A DNA stretch of 64,000 nt from Candidatus Hermodarchaeota archaeon (GCA_048885865.1 JBHLLF010000001.1:64001-128000); one strand, 5' to 3'. Numbered from the stretch's first letter, positions 20,210 through 30,572 are shown. The notes: generated by a model not told the origin, from the sequence alone. A program made the numbers and translations.

Positions 20210-20571
20210 TACTCTTCCTCCAGGGCTTTCAGGTAGATGTTCTTTGCCTCTCTTCCGTAAGCTCGACATATGTCAACAAGCACACCCAAGAGGGGGTGTT
20301 CATTGTTGATTCTGATTGAGTACAGCTTCGGTGTGAGTTGGTCAATCAAGATCATTCTCTCATCTTGAAGGTGTGCAAGCACACCCCTGTAGAGACTTCT
20401 TGATTTCCCACTGTACCCTATCAGGCGACTGAGTTGGACACCACTAACGCTACGAGGGTATATGTGTCCCAGAGCCAAGAGTATCGCTCTCTTGGTGTCG
20501 TTGAGCGACGACATGAGCTGGAGCAGTTCATACACTGTGCGACGTGTGTCTCCCTCTGCCATCGTAATCAT
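20209..20571 (-). CDS. Winged helix-turn-helix protein
   Basis: KRAILLAL...SGVQLSRLIG...LYRGVLAHL and wing-like strands. Confidence 0.72.
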   Translation of the reverse strand: MITMAEGDTRRTVYELLQLMSSLNDTKRAILLALGHIYPRSVSGVQLSRLIGYSGKSRSLYRGVLAHLQDERMILIDQLTPKLYSIRINNEHPLLGVLVDICRAYGREAKNIYLKALEEE

Positions 20572-20769
20572 GTCTTCCTTGGCACATCTAGTTGCTTGTG
20601 TCGGCCTTTACACAACATCTCTTGGACTAAAGGTTAGGTGCAAAGACAATGATGCCTCTCAATATATCTTTCTTTTCTAATTTCGAATGAATGCACCCTA
20701 CAGAAGTTAATAAGAAATCACACGACTAAGGGTCCAGAACCTTGTATTCGTTGGAGGTTTATTCAGATT

Positions 20770-21336
20770 ATGGCTTTCGGAAGCAAATACTTCGGTTGGT
20801 TGTCAGCCATGGCGATTGTTCTCGCCGGAGGCTGGTTCCTCTTGCCAGCCGGGTATAACACCTTGATTGAGTGGATGGCTCCGCAATTGGGCAACTATGT
20901 GCGGCCTTCGCTTGTCATGGTCAATATTCTACTAGTCAACCCACTGACCAATATCATGATGGTCGCGATTTGGGGTGCCGCTGGTTTTGTCGGAGGAGTG
21001 CTAGCCGGTACAAAGAAGGGTGCCTTTGTGGTAGGATTCGTGACTTGGTTGTTTTGCATATTGCTAGCTGGATTCTGTGTTGTTCAGATGTTTATGACTG
21101 GACTTAACTTCGGCTCTATTCCTCCAATCCCACCTGGAAGCTCAATTGTTGACATTCTAGGCATTCCACTAATTCAAGATGTGATTGGTGGGATTCTCCC
21201 CATGATTTCAGGCATGGCTGGTGGAGGTTTAGACATTTTCTCCCTGATCCTTCCACTTGTAATGTGGGTGGTGGTGCCAATCGTTGTGGTGATCGTGGCT
21301 GGAATAGCTGGCGCGATGGTTCGCCCTAAGGAGTGA
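20770..21336 (+). CDS. Hypothetical membrane protein
   Basis: GGAGG RBS, 4-5 TM segments. Confidence 0.75.
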   Translation: MAFGSKYFGWLSAMAIVLAGGWFLLPAGYNTLIEWMAPQLGNYVRPSLVMVNILLVNPLTNIMMVAIWGAAGFVGGVLAGTKKGAFVVGFVTWLFCILLAGFCVVQMFMTGLNFGSIPPIPPGSSIVDILGIPLIQDVIGGILPMISGMAGGGLDIFSLILPLVMWVVVPIVVVIVAGIAGAMVRPKE

Positions 21337-21342
21337 TGATAG

Positions 21343-23010
21343 ATGAAGCACGCATACAAGCACGCGTTTATTTTCGCGTTAATGGGATTCCTATTGGTAT
21401 CTCCAGCCGTGGCGGCTACTGTTTTCAATGATAGCTATACCCCGGCACAAGACATCAACATTGATGATCTCTTGTCTAACATTATAGAGAATGGTGCAGA
21501 ACTCGTCTTTGCAAACATTGACGAGGAAGGTGCACCGCAGGTTATCTATGGGCAGCTTGGAATACCGTCCGAGGATCTCGGTCTGACATCTGGTGGTGTT
21601 CTCTCTGAGATGTATACTGGCTGTATAGCCATGGTCCTGGTGGCAACCTATGGTGAGATGCTTCAGTACATCTTTGACCTGATTGGATTCATGGGTACAA
21701 ACGAATCAGATGGAGGGTTCTTCCCACTTCAGGCTGACATGTTCAGCATGGACTCAATAATGGACCTCATCGGAGATGAACTCAATATGCTGATCAATGT
21801 CTTTGTTGATGTTGACGCGGCGACATCTCAATCAAGGATGAACATGATAAAGAGCCACCTGAGTCTCCAGTTTGGATTCGGATTCTCAGAGCTGTTCTCC
21901 TTGCGAGTCGATGAGAGTCTCTTCCCTCCAGATGTAGAGATCCAGCTTCCTTTCCAGTCACTCGATGTCTATATCCATCAGATGACGATTTCTGACGAGG
22001 AGGTCATTGACGCGATATTCAATGTTATGAACACCGGGGGCTTTGCAGATTCCATTGATCAGACGAAATTCAGAAATGCTGATGCGGCTGCGGCAGGTCT
22101 GATTGCAGTCCCTGACATGGATGCATTACTGGATCTGATAAGTGGATTCTCTGGTTCTCCCCCAGCTGCCTTTGTTGTTTCAGACTTCTTTGCCTCACAG
22201 TTCGACATCGGCAATCTCACATTGGAGGGTCCTCTGGCTGTTGCTGCGGTCGGATATCTTGGAGATCAGCTGCTTTCAACTTCGAGTACCGAGTTGGATA
22301 TCTTTGCTGATCTGCTTGGTGCTACAACTGACATCGAACCTTTGAGTCAAGGAATGTCGGTTGTCATTGCCAGATTCCCATTCAACATCAATGTCACAGG
22401 ATATACTCCTGAGAACCAGGCTCAGAATCAGACTTTCTTCGACGAGTCAGCTAATCTAATCTTCTGGAATGCTACTGCACTAGGGACTCAGCCGGATTAC
22501 ACTGTGACTTTCAATGCAACGAACTTGCCACCTCTCATAGCATTGGAGCGCACATTCTCGCCGGAGAGTTGCTCTGTGGGAGAGTATACGGATGTGACTG
22601 TGACCGTCACCAACAATGGCGATGATCCTATAGCCAACTTATCTCTCACTGATACAGAGTTCAGTGACATCTATCCAGATGTTTCAGTCACTGGTTCCAC
22701 AACTGGTAGTTGGCTGAGTTTGGCTTCCGGGGCTTCTCAGAGTATCACATATAGAGTGACATTCACAAATGAAGGTCGATATACTTTTCCAGGTGCAGTG
22801 TTGCACTATTCCTACAACGGAATAAACTTCGAAAAAGATACCAGCAACCAAGGATTCACTGTCAATTCAGACATAGTGGGTCTAATCCAGCAGGGAATCG
22901 CAGATGGCTGGCCATTCACCGGAATGGTTCTTGGGCTGGTTGGTATAACTGGAATCTACTCCGTCCTGGGATTGATTAGAGGCGGCGGTAGCGAGTACTA
23001 TCAGACATAA
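21343..23010 (+). CDS. Secreted acidic cell-surface protein with Ig-like (DUF11/BatD-like) domain and C-terminal TM anchor
   Basis: Signal peptide, VTVTVTNNGD...LTD motif, several N-glycosylation sequons, C-terminal TM. Confidence 0.78.
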   Translation: MKHAYKHAFIFALMGFLLVSPAVAATVFNDSYTPAQDINIDDLLSNIIENGAELVFANIDEEGAPQVIYGQLGIPSEDLGLTSGGVLSEMYTGCIAMVLVATYGEMLQYIFDLIGFMGTNESDGGFFPLQADMFSMDSIMDLIGDELNMLINVFVDVDAATSQSRMNMIKSHLSLQFGFGFSELFSLRVDESLFPPDVEIQLPFQSLDVYIHQMTISDEEVIDAIFNVMNTGGFADSIDQTKFRNADAAAAGLIAVPDMDALLDLISGFSGSPPAAFVVSDFFASQFDIGNLTLEGPLAVAAVGYLGDQLLSTSSTELDIFADLLGATTDIEPLSQGMSVVIARFPFNINVTGYTPENQAQNQTFFDESANLIFWNATALGTQPDYTVTFNATNLPPLIALERTFSPESCSVGEYTDVTVTVTNNGDDPIANLSLTDTEFSDIYPDVSVTGSTTGSWLSLASGASQSITYRVTFTNEGRYTFPGAVLHYSYNGINFEKDTSNQGFTVNSDIVGLIQQGIADGWPFTGMVLGLVGITGIYSVLGLIRGGGSEYYQT

Positions 23011-23023
23011 AGCACAAGATTGA

Positions 23024-23070
23024 TGGGTGCTCCATTTCTTCGGAGATGGGCACCCACTCAGGTTTCTTTT
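23024..23070 (+). terminator. C(UUCG)G tetraloop hairpin plus U-tract
   Basis: TGGGTGC-T-CCATTTC-TTCG-GAGATGG-GCACCCA then GGTTTCTTTT. Confidence 0.6.
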
Positions 23071-23141
23071 GCCGAACTTGGCAATAAAGGACTCAGAGTT
23101 TCTTCCTTTTCTCATTTCTTCTTGAGGATGCGGGCTTTCAT

Positions 23142-23855
23142 TCAAATCTTGCTTTTCTCTTTCTTAGCTTTAAATCTCCATTGATAACATGATGCAACTC
23201 CAGCGCAAATCCACAAAGCTGCCAGAATTTGATGTGGTATTAGCAATACCCGTAGTCTTTGGTCCAATGGAGATGGAAATATCATGATGACCCACATTAT
23301 AATCTGTGTATCTACCTCTAGAGTTTGATCCTGACTTGGATTATAGTAATTTGCAGTCCAGTTAGCCACAGTGAATGGTCCCGAAAGAGGATATGGCAGA
23401 GAAACAGCTAAATTGGTGTCATTAGCATAGGTGCCAGAATAATAGAATACATCTGGTCGATTCTCATCCACAACGTAGAATGTAACATTTCCATTTTCCA
23501 CAAAAATTCGAACTTCAAAGTCTGATCCATGAAGAGATCCTTGGTTTGATAAGGGGCCCAGTGTATTCCGTTCTCCTGGTGAGAGGGAAAAGGTAGCAGC
23601 TCCACCCGGACTGCCATAGTAATACGCATTGATTTCAAACTGATTGAGTATCAATATAGGCGAGATTGCAAGGGTACTTAGAAGCAAAAACATCATACCA
23701 TTCCTTCTCTTTCTTATCCATTGACTTTTCCGAAAAATGATATAGCATACTATAACAATAGGACTGGATAATACAATCACGCCAGGGAGATAGTACAATA
23801 GCACGAGCATACGTAAACCCTCAATTGCACGTAAGTTGAGTTTGTACCTTTCCAC
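23142..23855 (-). CDS. Hypothetical membrane protein with extracellular beta domain (AT-rich gene)
   Basis: TM segments at both ends, NxT sequons. Confidence 0.65.
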   Translation of the reverse strand: MERYKLNLRAIEGLRMLVLLYYLPGVIVLSSPIVIVCYIIFRKSQWIRKRRNGMMFLLLSTLAISPILILNQFEINAYYYGSPGGAATFSLSPGERNTLGPLSNQGSLHGSDFEVRIFVENGNVTFYVVDENRPDVFYYSGTYANDTNLAVSLPYPLSGPFTVANWTANYYNPSQDQTLEVDTQIIMWVIMIFPSPLDQRLRVLLIPHQILAALWICAGVASCYQWRFKAKKEKSKI

Positions 23856-23984
23856 ATTAGATTAGTTAGCTATTAGATTTTATTGCTCATTTGAATTGTG
23901 ATTGACAAGTTCGCAAGTACCAAGGACTACTTGTGCATCATGTTTATCTGATGTGAGTCTGAACAAGGCCTCTTGTGAAGTGAC

Positions 23985-24914
23985 ATGCCACTCCGCGATG
24001 AACTCAATGGTTACCTTAGACTTCCTAGAGCGTTCTTCGGCATTAAGGAGCCTGAGACTGGGACTCCTGATGTAGGTGTATTAGGTGTGCCTTATGACCT
24101 GACATCTAGCCATATGCCTGGGTGCCGCTTTGGTCCTGATGCCATCAGAGCAGCTACGGACTCCGAGAGGTCCCACAGCTTTCCTCTCAGTATTGGCAAG
24201 GGCTCTTTGCCTAGTGAGAATCCATTGTCAGAGCTCATCACCTTGGAGGATATTGGCGACCTTGAGATTATGGGTCGACTCCCCGACGCAGCCCAGGTCG
24301 ATATCTCAGAAGCCGCTGCAAAGCTGGCTCCATTGGGCTCTAGCTACTTGTTTCTAGGAGGCGATCACTTCATCACCTATCCTCTCCTAAAGGGAATCAA
24401 ACGCGCTGTGTCTGGGCGATATGGCATTGTGTATTTCGATTCTCATGCTGATTTCTACGAGGATTACGGCGGATACTCTTTATCCCACGCCACGACTCTG
24501 AGGCGGCTTGTTGAGGAGAAAGTGGTAGAGATTGAAGATGTGGTTGCATATGACCTTCGGTCAGCTCTTCCCGAGCAGAGGAACGCCATTCTTGGAGAGG
24601 ATACTTTGATTCCTACCTTTGAGTCGTTTCAGGATTCGCTCAGCGCAGTGTCCGAACGTGTTGATTCGTTGTATGTTTCCATAGACCTTGATGTACTTAG
24701 GCCCAGTATCCAATCAAGCGTCAGTCACCCAGAGTCTGGAGGGCCTGACGTTGAAACATTAGCTGGATTCATCAGAGCATGCTTTGCCACAAAAAAGGTT
24801 CGATATGTGGATATAGTGGAACTCAATCCATTGACTGACAAGTCTGGCCTAGGATCTATTGCCGCACGCGATATTGTGAAGGAAGTTCTCACTGGATTCG
24901 CTTCAATGATGTGA
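23985..24914 (+). CDS. Arginase/agmatinase family ureohydrolase
   Basis: G.RFGP.AIR, GGDH, DSHAD, DLDVL, VELNP. Confidence 0.88.
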   Translation: MPLRDELNGYLRLPRAFFGIKEPETGTPDVGVLGVPYDLTSSHMPGCRFGPDAIRAATDSERSHSFPLSIGKGSLPSENPLSELITLEDIGDLEIMGRLPDAAQVDISEAAAKLAPLGSSYLFLGGDHFITYPLLKGIKRAVSGRYGIVYFDSHADFYEDYGGYSLSHATTLRRLVEEKVVEIEDVVAYDLRSALPEQRNAILGEDTLIPTFESFQDSLSAVSERVDSLYVSIDLDVLRPSIQSSVSHPESGGPDVETLAGFIRACFATKKVRYVDIVELNPLTDKSGLGSIAARDIVKEVLTGFASMM

Positions 24915-24987
24915 TCTTGCTCAGAATTGGATTTCCTTACGAACGCACTTAGTGCTGAGTTTCCATTTCGCCGCAATATCATATGAT

Positions 24988-26655
24988 CTAGCAGAGCTTT
25001 GATATCTGAGATAATCGTCGCTTCTTAATCATATAGAATACGCCAATTAATGGAACTCCAACTAGAGCCAATGCAGCAATTAACTGGGCTAATCCTGGAA
25101 GAATGGTGGGTGGAAGTTGGTCGGTTGGATGGAACTTCAGAATAAAGCAATCTTCATCTCCTCCGAAGGTGGCGTTGTAGCAATTTACCGTGGGGAAATT
25201 TTCGGATTCGGTGGTTCCCGCCACGTAGACATTTGCATCTGTATCGATAGCAATGGAACATCCCCAATCTAAACTAGAGCCTCCAATGAAAGTAGAGTAG
25301 AGCAATGCTAAACCATTGGCGGAAAGTTTGAAGACAAAACAGTCACGTTTCCCCCCGTGATTACTGTTGTACGCATTAACTGTAGGAAAGTCAGGTGACA
25401 CAGTACTTCCGGTGACATAGACGTTGCCGGATGCATCCAATGCAATGGAATATGCATAATCAGGATCCTCTCCCCCGATGAAGGTTGAGAAGACCAACGT
25501 TGAGCCATCATTAGAGAGCTTGAAGACAAAACAGTCACCACCCTCGTTATTGCTATCGTATGCATTGACAGTTGGAAAATCGTAGGAACTAGTATATCCC
25601 GTCACGTAGACATTGCAAGATGAATCGACTGCAATGGAACGTCCTGAATCCATTGTTGAACCTCCAACGAAGGTTGAATAGAGCAATGTTGAACCATCGG
25701 CAGAGAGTTTGAAGACAAAACAGTCACCAGGACGGTCGAGTCTCATTGAATGGTGATAGGTGCTGTCGTATGCATCTACTGTGGGGAAGTCCGCTGACTC
25801 AGTATATCCTGTCACATAGATGCTGCAAGATGTATCCAATATCACTGACGTTCCTGCATCATGACCAGATCCCCCGATGAAGGTTGAGAAGACCAACGTT
25901 GAGCCATCATTAGAGAGCTTGAAGACAAAAGAGTCGCTTGTTCCATTGAAAGTGCTGTCGTACGCATTTACTGTTGGAAAACCTGTTGACTCAGTATACC
26001 CTGTGACATAGGCATTGCCGGATGTATCCACTGCTATTGATTCTCCAGAATCTAAGCCAGCGCCCCCAATGAAGGTTGAGTAGAGTAGAGTCGAACCATT
26101 GGCTGAGAGCTTTAAGACAAAACAGTCAGGATTTCCTCCGTGAGTGCTGTTGTATGCATTGACTGAAGGAAAGTCAGTTGAATTAGTTAATCCGGTGACG
26201 TAGGCGTTGCCAAATTCATCCACTACAATTGACTTTGCATATTCATAATCCTGCCCACCAATGAAAGTCGAAAAGAGCAATTCCGAACCATCTGCTGAGA
26301 GCTTTAGTACGAAGCAATCAGTATATCCACCACCGTAGGTACTTTCGAATGCATTCACTGTGGGGAACTCCGGAGAGGAAGTATGTCCAGCTACGTAGAC
26401 ATTACCATAGCTATCCAAGGCCATAGCCTCTACGCGGTCATCTTTGTATCCACCAATGAAGGTTGAGTAATTTAAGGGGTCGCTAATGAGTTCCTCCGAT
26501 TCAATGTAGCTCCTTTTGCTGTTGATACTGGCTTTAGAGATTGACTCAGAGGATTCAGAGGCCTGGTTAGCTGATGAGAAAAATGATGTCGACTGAGTAA
26601 TGCCAACCGAAAAGGCCAGCAAAATCCAGATCAGAATGATACCCCTAACCCTCAT
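24988..26655 (-). CDS. Secreted SBBP-repeat beta-propeller protein with C-terminal TM anchor
   Basis: About 7 repeats of STFIGG...D..GNVYVTG.T.S.DFPTVNAYD...DCFVFKL. Confidence 0.88.
   Translation of the reverse strand: MRVRGIILIWILLAFSVGITQSTSFFSSANQASESSESISKASINSKRSYIESEELISDPLNYSTFIGGYKDDRVEAMALDSYGNVYVAGHTSSPEFPTVNAFESTYGGGYTDCFVLKLSADGSELLFSTFIGGQDYEYAKSIVVDEFGNAYVTGLTNSTDFPSVNAYNSTHGGNPDCFVLKLSANGSTLLYSTFIGGAGLDSGESIAVDTSGNAYVTGYTESTGFPTVNAYDSTFNGTSDSFVFKLSNDGSTLVFSTFIGGSGHDAGTSVILDTSCSIYVTGYTESADFPTVDAYDSTYHHSMRLDRPGDCFVFKLSADGSTLLYSTFVGGSTMDSGRSIAVDSSCNVYVTGYTSSYDFPTVNAYDSNNEGGDCFVFKLSNDGSTLVFSTFIGGEDPDYAYSIALDASGNVYVTGSTVSPDFPTVNAYNSNHGGKRDCFVFKLSANGLALLYSTFIGGSSLDWGCSIAIDTDANVYVAGTTESENFPTVNCYNATFGGDEDCFILKFHPTDQLPPTILPGLAQLIAALALVGVPLIGVFYMIKKRRLSQISKLC
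25471..25930. repeat. 61-bp perfect intragenic direct repeat (25471-25531 = 25870-25930)
   Basis: Identical sequence TCCCCCGATG...GAAGACAAAA, offset 399 bp. Confidence 0.85.
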
Positions 26656-26797
26656 GCTGGAAACCTACTGAATCACTGATATTCCCAGCACTCGCTTATA
26701 GATTCTGTTGCGTAACTCTTTTGTTTAAATACGCATTAAGGTAGCTTTTTTAGAAACACTTAAATTAGTAGCAATTGCACATAATTTTCGGCAGAGA

Positions 26798-27523
26798 ATG
26801 ACAATCGCTGAAGAGAGAATAGAGCAAGTGATCTCACGAGCAGAGGCGACACTCAGGGAGTTTGGATTTGGAGCACATGAGTCATCAGTGATTCTGGCCC
26901 TGAACCAGTCCCAGAGTGTCACTGTAGCCGATCTTTCCACAGCGACAGGCATCCATCATGCGAACCTGTATTCTGTTCTTGATGGCCTTGTGTCCAGAGG
27001 CTTAGTAATTGAACATGAAGGTAGACCTCGGAGATTCGAGTTCACTCCATTATCTAATGTGAGAGACCTCCTATCCACAAAACTGGATCAGCTCATACTG
27101 GACATGGAGAGGATACAACAAGAGCGAGAGACCACACAGCATCTGCCGACGCTGATCTACACAATCCGAGGTAGAAATGTGGTTGAATCAAAGATACAGG
27201 GCATGGTTTCCAAGGCAACAGAACGGATACTCCTAGTAACACCCACCTTGGAGATGTTTGATGAGCCCTTACATGTTGCTTTGAGGAGCGCATCAGAACG
27301 CGGTGTTTCGATACGATTGATAACTGCGGAAGCGGCTGTTGAGCCGGACTATAAGGTGGAGCAGAGAATCAGGGAAGATACTCTCGCAGTCAATCTAGTA
27401 GTCGATGGTGCAGAAGCCCTTATCTCAATGCCTGACCTGTCGGTATGTGGATGGGCTGATAATGCTCTGATATCTCTGCAGCTCGAGGGATTTCTTGAGC
27501 AGACATGGAATATGTCGAGGTAA
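26798..27523 (+). CDS. TrmB family transcriptional regulator
   Basis: N-terminal wHTH (LYSVLDGLVSRGLV...GRPRRF) and PLD-like effector domain. Confidence 0.88.
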   Translation: MTIAEERIEQVISRAEATLREFGFGAHESSVILALNQSQSVTVADLSTATGIHHANLYSVLDGLVSRGLVIEHEGRPRRFEFTPLSNVRDLLSTKLDQLILDMERIQQERETTQHLPTLIYTIRGRNVVESKIQGMVSKATERILLVTPTLEMFDEPLHVALRSASERGVSIRLITAEAAVEPDYKVEQRIREDTLAVNLVVDGAEALISMPDLSVCGWADNALISLQLEGFLEQTWNMSR

Positions 27524-27529
27524 CACACT

Positions 27530-28903
27530 ATGGTAGATTATGATGTTATTATTGCTGGTGCCGGAACAGGAGGTGCAATCACAGCTCTCACCCTAGCCCA
27601 GAAAGGTCATTCAGTCCTGGTATTAGACAGAAAGGCCAGGGACACAATTGGCCTAAAGACATGTGGGGACGCCTTAGGTGCCCATCACATCCGAGAGCTA
27701 AAGGAAATGATAGGTCTCCCTGACTTACCGAAGGATATTGTCGAACACCACGTTTCAGGAATGGACCTCTACTCCCCTGATGGAGAGCACAAGCTCACGA
27801 TGGTTGGAGAAACCACAAGGGGTTACTCGTTTAATCGTCACAAGATGGGACAGTGGTTGGTTTCTCTAGTGGAGAAAGCAGGTGCCGAGGTATTGGCCTC
27901 CACTCGAGTCAAGAAGCTTCTGTTTGAAGAAGGAAAGGTCTCTGGAGTCAGAATCTCAAAAGAAGGAGATGATGCTGAGAAAGACCTCGCCGCACGAATT
28001 GTTGTGGATGCGACAGGCGCCACGGGCATGCTGCGTCGTCAGCTACTAGACAGCTCACCGATTGAGAAGACCATCGCTAAGGAAGACCAGATGGTCGCAT
28101 GGAGAGATATCTATGAGACCCCGGAATATGAATTCGAAACTCCGGATATTCTAGAGATCCACTGGAATCAGGAGCAGACACTTGGGGGTTATACCTGGGT
28201 GTTTCCCGCAGGTCCGCATAGAGTCAATGTTGGGCTGGGCGTTATGATGATTCCAGGTTATACCCATCCAAAGACAATCTTCGATAGATTCGTCAGGACC
28301 AACTGGGATTTCATGAAAACCAAACTCGTGACATATGATAGCAGTGGGGGGATTGCTCCCATCCGTCGTCCTATAGACACAATGGTGGATGACAACTTCA
28401 TGCTGGTTGGGGATTCCGCATGCCAGGTGAATCCTATACATGGAGGAGGAATTGGCTCTTCCATGCTTGGAGGAGTGCATGCCGCAAATGTTGCATCAGA
28501 GGCCCTTGAGAGAAACGACACATCCATTGATTCTCTGTGGGACTATAATCCTCGATACATGGAGGCTTATGGAATAAAGCAAGCGTCATTGGATGTCTTC
28601 AGATGGTTCCTACTCAATGTCACAAATGATGAGATTGACTTTGCATTTCAGAAGGGAATTGTGAAGGGTATTGACTTGCTCAGCGTCAGCATAACGGGCA
28701 AGATGGAGATTGGAATGGGCGACAAGTTCAAGCGGCTAGTTTCCGGCATCGGAAACATCCCACTACTGCGAAGAGTCAACAAGGTAGCTGGCTTGATGGA
28801 AGATGTGAAAGAAGTCTACAGACAGTATCCTGACTCACCTAAGGGACTTGACGCTTGGAAAGCTCGACTTACTCCAATCTATGATGCTGCAAAGGCATTG
28901 TAG
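27530..28903 (+). CDS. Geranylgeranyl reductase family (digeranylgeranylglycerophospholipid reductase)
   Basis: GAGTGG, CGDA, DATG, YTWVFP, GDSA, PIHGGG. Confidence 0.87.
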   Translation: MVDYDVIIAGAGTGGAITALTLAQKGHSVLVLDRKARDTIGLKTCGDALGAHHIRELKEMIGLPDLPKDIVEHHVSGMDLYSPDGEHKLTMVGETTRGYSFNRHKMGQWLVSLVEKAGAEVLASTRVKKLLFEEGKVSGVRISKEGDDAEKDLAARIVVDATGATGMLRRQLLDSSPIEKTIAKEDQMVAWRDIYETPEYEFETPDILEIHWNQEQTLGGYTWVFPAGPHRVNVGLGVMMIPGYTHPKTIFDRFVRTNWDFMKTKLVTYDSSGGIAPIRRPIDTMVDDNFMLVGDSACQVNPIHGGGIGSSMLGGVHAANVASEALERNDTSIDSLWDYNPRYMEAYGIKQASLDVFRWFLLNVTNDEIDFAFQKGIVKGIDLLSVSITGKMEIGMGDKFKRLVSGIGNIPLLRRVNKVAGLMEDVKEVYRQYPDSPKGLDAWKARLTPIYDAAKAL

Positions 28904-28927
28904 CGGATCAAGGACCTGTGTGTCTCA

Positions 28928-29872
28928 ATGAGATGTATAGGAGTTGCAGGTGGCATCTCTCTCTACGCTCATGATGATTCCTATCTCTCGTACTTCAATA
29001 GCCCTTTCATTGGTCACCGAAGGTTCAGTTCAATTGATGTGTATCCTGCAGATGGTGCGTGGGACGGTCCGGCGTTTTCACCTATTGATGGGAAAGTCAC
29101 CCAGGTAAGAACTTTGAAGATGGGAAAGAAGAAGGCCTTCCCAACTTCTTCTCGCGACTATGCGATTGCAATCGCACCAGAGGATGTGAAGGACACAGTT
29201 GTTCGGATTCTACATTGCATACCCAGAGTTTCCAAAGGTGATGTTGTTTCCAAAGGGGACTTCATTGGCAGTCTAATCAGGTCCCGTTACTTCTGCTTTT
29301 GGACTGGCCCCCACTATCATATCGAAGCTATGCATCCTAGGGACTTCATAAGACCATCACAATCCTTTCCAATAATAGCTGAAACTGGAAAGATTAGTAC
29401 CGATTTAGGAGATTCGACCAATCAGTTTGAGTGTGAGGTTATGAAATACACTCCAGATATCTTGGTCTGTGGGTCGCGTGAAATCCCTTCTGCTAGCATG
29501 AATGACTATCACGGACATTTGGCCATAATAGGTGACTCATCCAGCATACTTGACGCTGGAGTCCCCCATTATAATCAGGGAGGATTGTTAGGAAATACGA
29601 GTCCAGAAATTGATTCTGCGGTTCAAGCATTTGGCGTGCCGATCGGTAATGTTTCATCGGTATCTGAATCGTTTGTGCAATTCACAATGGGGAAGAATAT
29701 CATTGTTTCTTTGGAGGGAGAGAATCTCGGCGGAATATCGACGCACCTGTATTCCAATAGCCAGATGATTAATGGCCGTCCGCCGGTCCTCTTGATCCCA
29801 AAAGAACGCAACCAGTATGAAGGAAGGCTATCGGAGGGTGACATTGTCGTTCTCAGTTTAAATGTATTATAA
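28928..29872 (+). CDS. Conserved archaeal hypothetical protein (M23-like hybrid motif)
   Basis: SPFIGH...IDVY, SPIDGKV, ILH, HYHIE. Confidence 0.65.
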   Translation: MRCIGVAGGISLYAHDDSYLSYFNSPFIGHRRFSSIDVYPADGAWDGPAFSPIDGKVTQVRTLKMGKKKAFPTSSRDYAIAIAPEDVKDTVVRILHCIPRVSKGDVVSKGDFIGSLIRSRYFCFWTGPHYHIEAMHPRDFIRPSQSFPIIAETGKISTDLGDSTNQFECEVMKYTPDILVCGSREIPSASMNDYHGHLAIIGDSSSILDAGVPHYNQGGLLGNTSPEIDSAVQAFGVPIGNVSSVSESFVQFTMGKNIIVSLEGENLGGISTHLYSNSQMINGRPPVLLIPKERNQYEGRLSEGDIVVLSLNVL

Positions 29873-29892
29873 TTCTCAGTCACGGATTTGAA

Positions 29893-29930
29893 GAAAAAAA
29901 GGAGGGAGAGGAGCGATAGAACTCCTCTCT
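29893..29930 (-). terminator. Hairpin plus U7 tract downstream of the small secreted peptide gene
   Basis: Minus strand GAGAGGAG-TTCTATCG-CTCCTCTC...TTTTTTT. Confidence 0.6.
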
Positions 29931-29969
29931 GATGAGAGTTGTTCCTAAAAAGCGGAACACCATAATGCC

Positions 29970-30239
29970 TCAATGGAAATCATATGCGCAGTAATCGCAC
30001 CCGCCAGCTCCATCCACGACGTCATATGATCCGAGACCGTCATCCTCATGAATTTCGATTGGCACTCTGCGATGTATTTCCTTTGGCACTGGAACTCGAT
30101 CAACAGTGATGCCGTCCCTGCTTGAGTCGTCTTGATACGGTGTCGCTGACAATGCGTTCACTGCACTAGCAAACACAGCCGCAGCTGACATAGCAAAAAG
30201 GACGACTACACCTGCTGCCAATAAGGTCCTCTTATTCAA
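29970..30239 (-). CDS. Small secreted/membrane-anchored peptide with C-terminal CDYC...H
   Basis: Signal-like MNKR plus hydrophobic stretch; AGAGGAG RBS; terminator follows. Confidence 0.7.
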   Translation of the reverse strand: MNKRTLLAAGVVVLFAMSAAAVFASAVNALSATPYQDDSSRDGITVDRVPVPKEIHRRVPIEIHEDDGLGSYDVVDGAGGCDYCAYDFH

Positions 30240-30268
30240 CTATACCTACTCTCCTCTATGGTACGGTG

Positions 30269-30393
30269 CATGGTCAAACTCGTGCCGCTGTCAAGAACGC
30301 TGCCAGATGTCTTGAGAGATTCTGAAAACAAATTCCTGCAAGGGGAATGGGCCATTGAGGTCCAAGTTTCTAAAGACATTGAATTTAACCACG
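30269..30393 (-). ncRNA. Putative structured RNA / 5' leader (~125 nt) closed by a 13-bp terminal stem
   Basis: CGUGGUUAAAUUC pairs with GAGUUUGACCAUG (3 G-U pairs, minus strand only); inner AUGUCUU/AAGACAU; starts at the predicted TSS. Confidence 0.5.
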
Positions 30394-30430
30394 TAATAGT
30401 ATTACAAGTTACATTATATATACTTTTCGC
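30393..30430 (-). promoter_or_regulatory. BRE-TATA promoter 1 with palindromic operator GTAATAGTATTAC (30393-30405)
   Basis: Minus strand CGAAAAG-TATATATAA then GTAAC..GTAATACTATTAC. Confidence 0.65.
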
Positions 30431-30489
30431 TTACAATAATTATATTGCTTATTATCGTTGTATGATTTGAATTACTCTATCAAGTCATT

Positions 30490-30572
30490 AAAATTCAGGC
30501 GGAATCCCCAAGCACGGCACTTCGAGAACGCAAGGAAGGCAAGAACAATGTCCTTTCGCTTGAAGATTCCGT
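30490..30572 (-). ncRNA. Putative ~80-nt sRNA closed by a 14-bp stem
   Basis: CGGAAUCUUCAAGC pairs with GCUUGGGGAUUCCG (2 G-U pairs on minus strand), followed by UUUU; no convincing ORF. Confidence 0.5.

Noticed and set aside
27530-28903. LipT-like partner of the lipoylation cluster
   Set aside because: It lies 3 kb away in a separate operon and has canonical geranylgeranyl reductase motifs
29880-29972. Selenocysteine read-through of the TGA ending the CxxC peptide
   Set aside because: The extension runs through the terminator hairpin and no recognisable SECIS was seen
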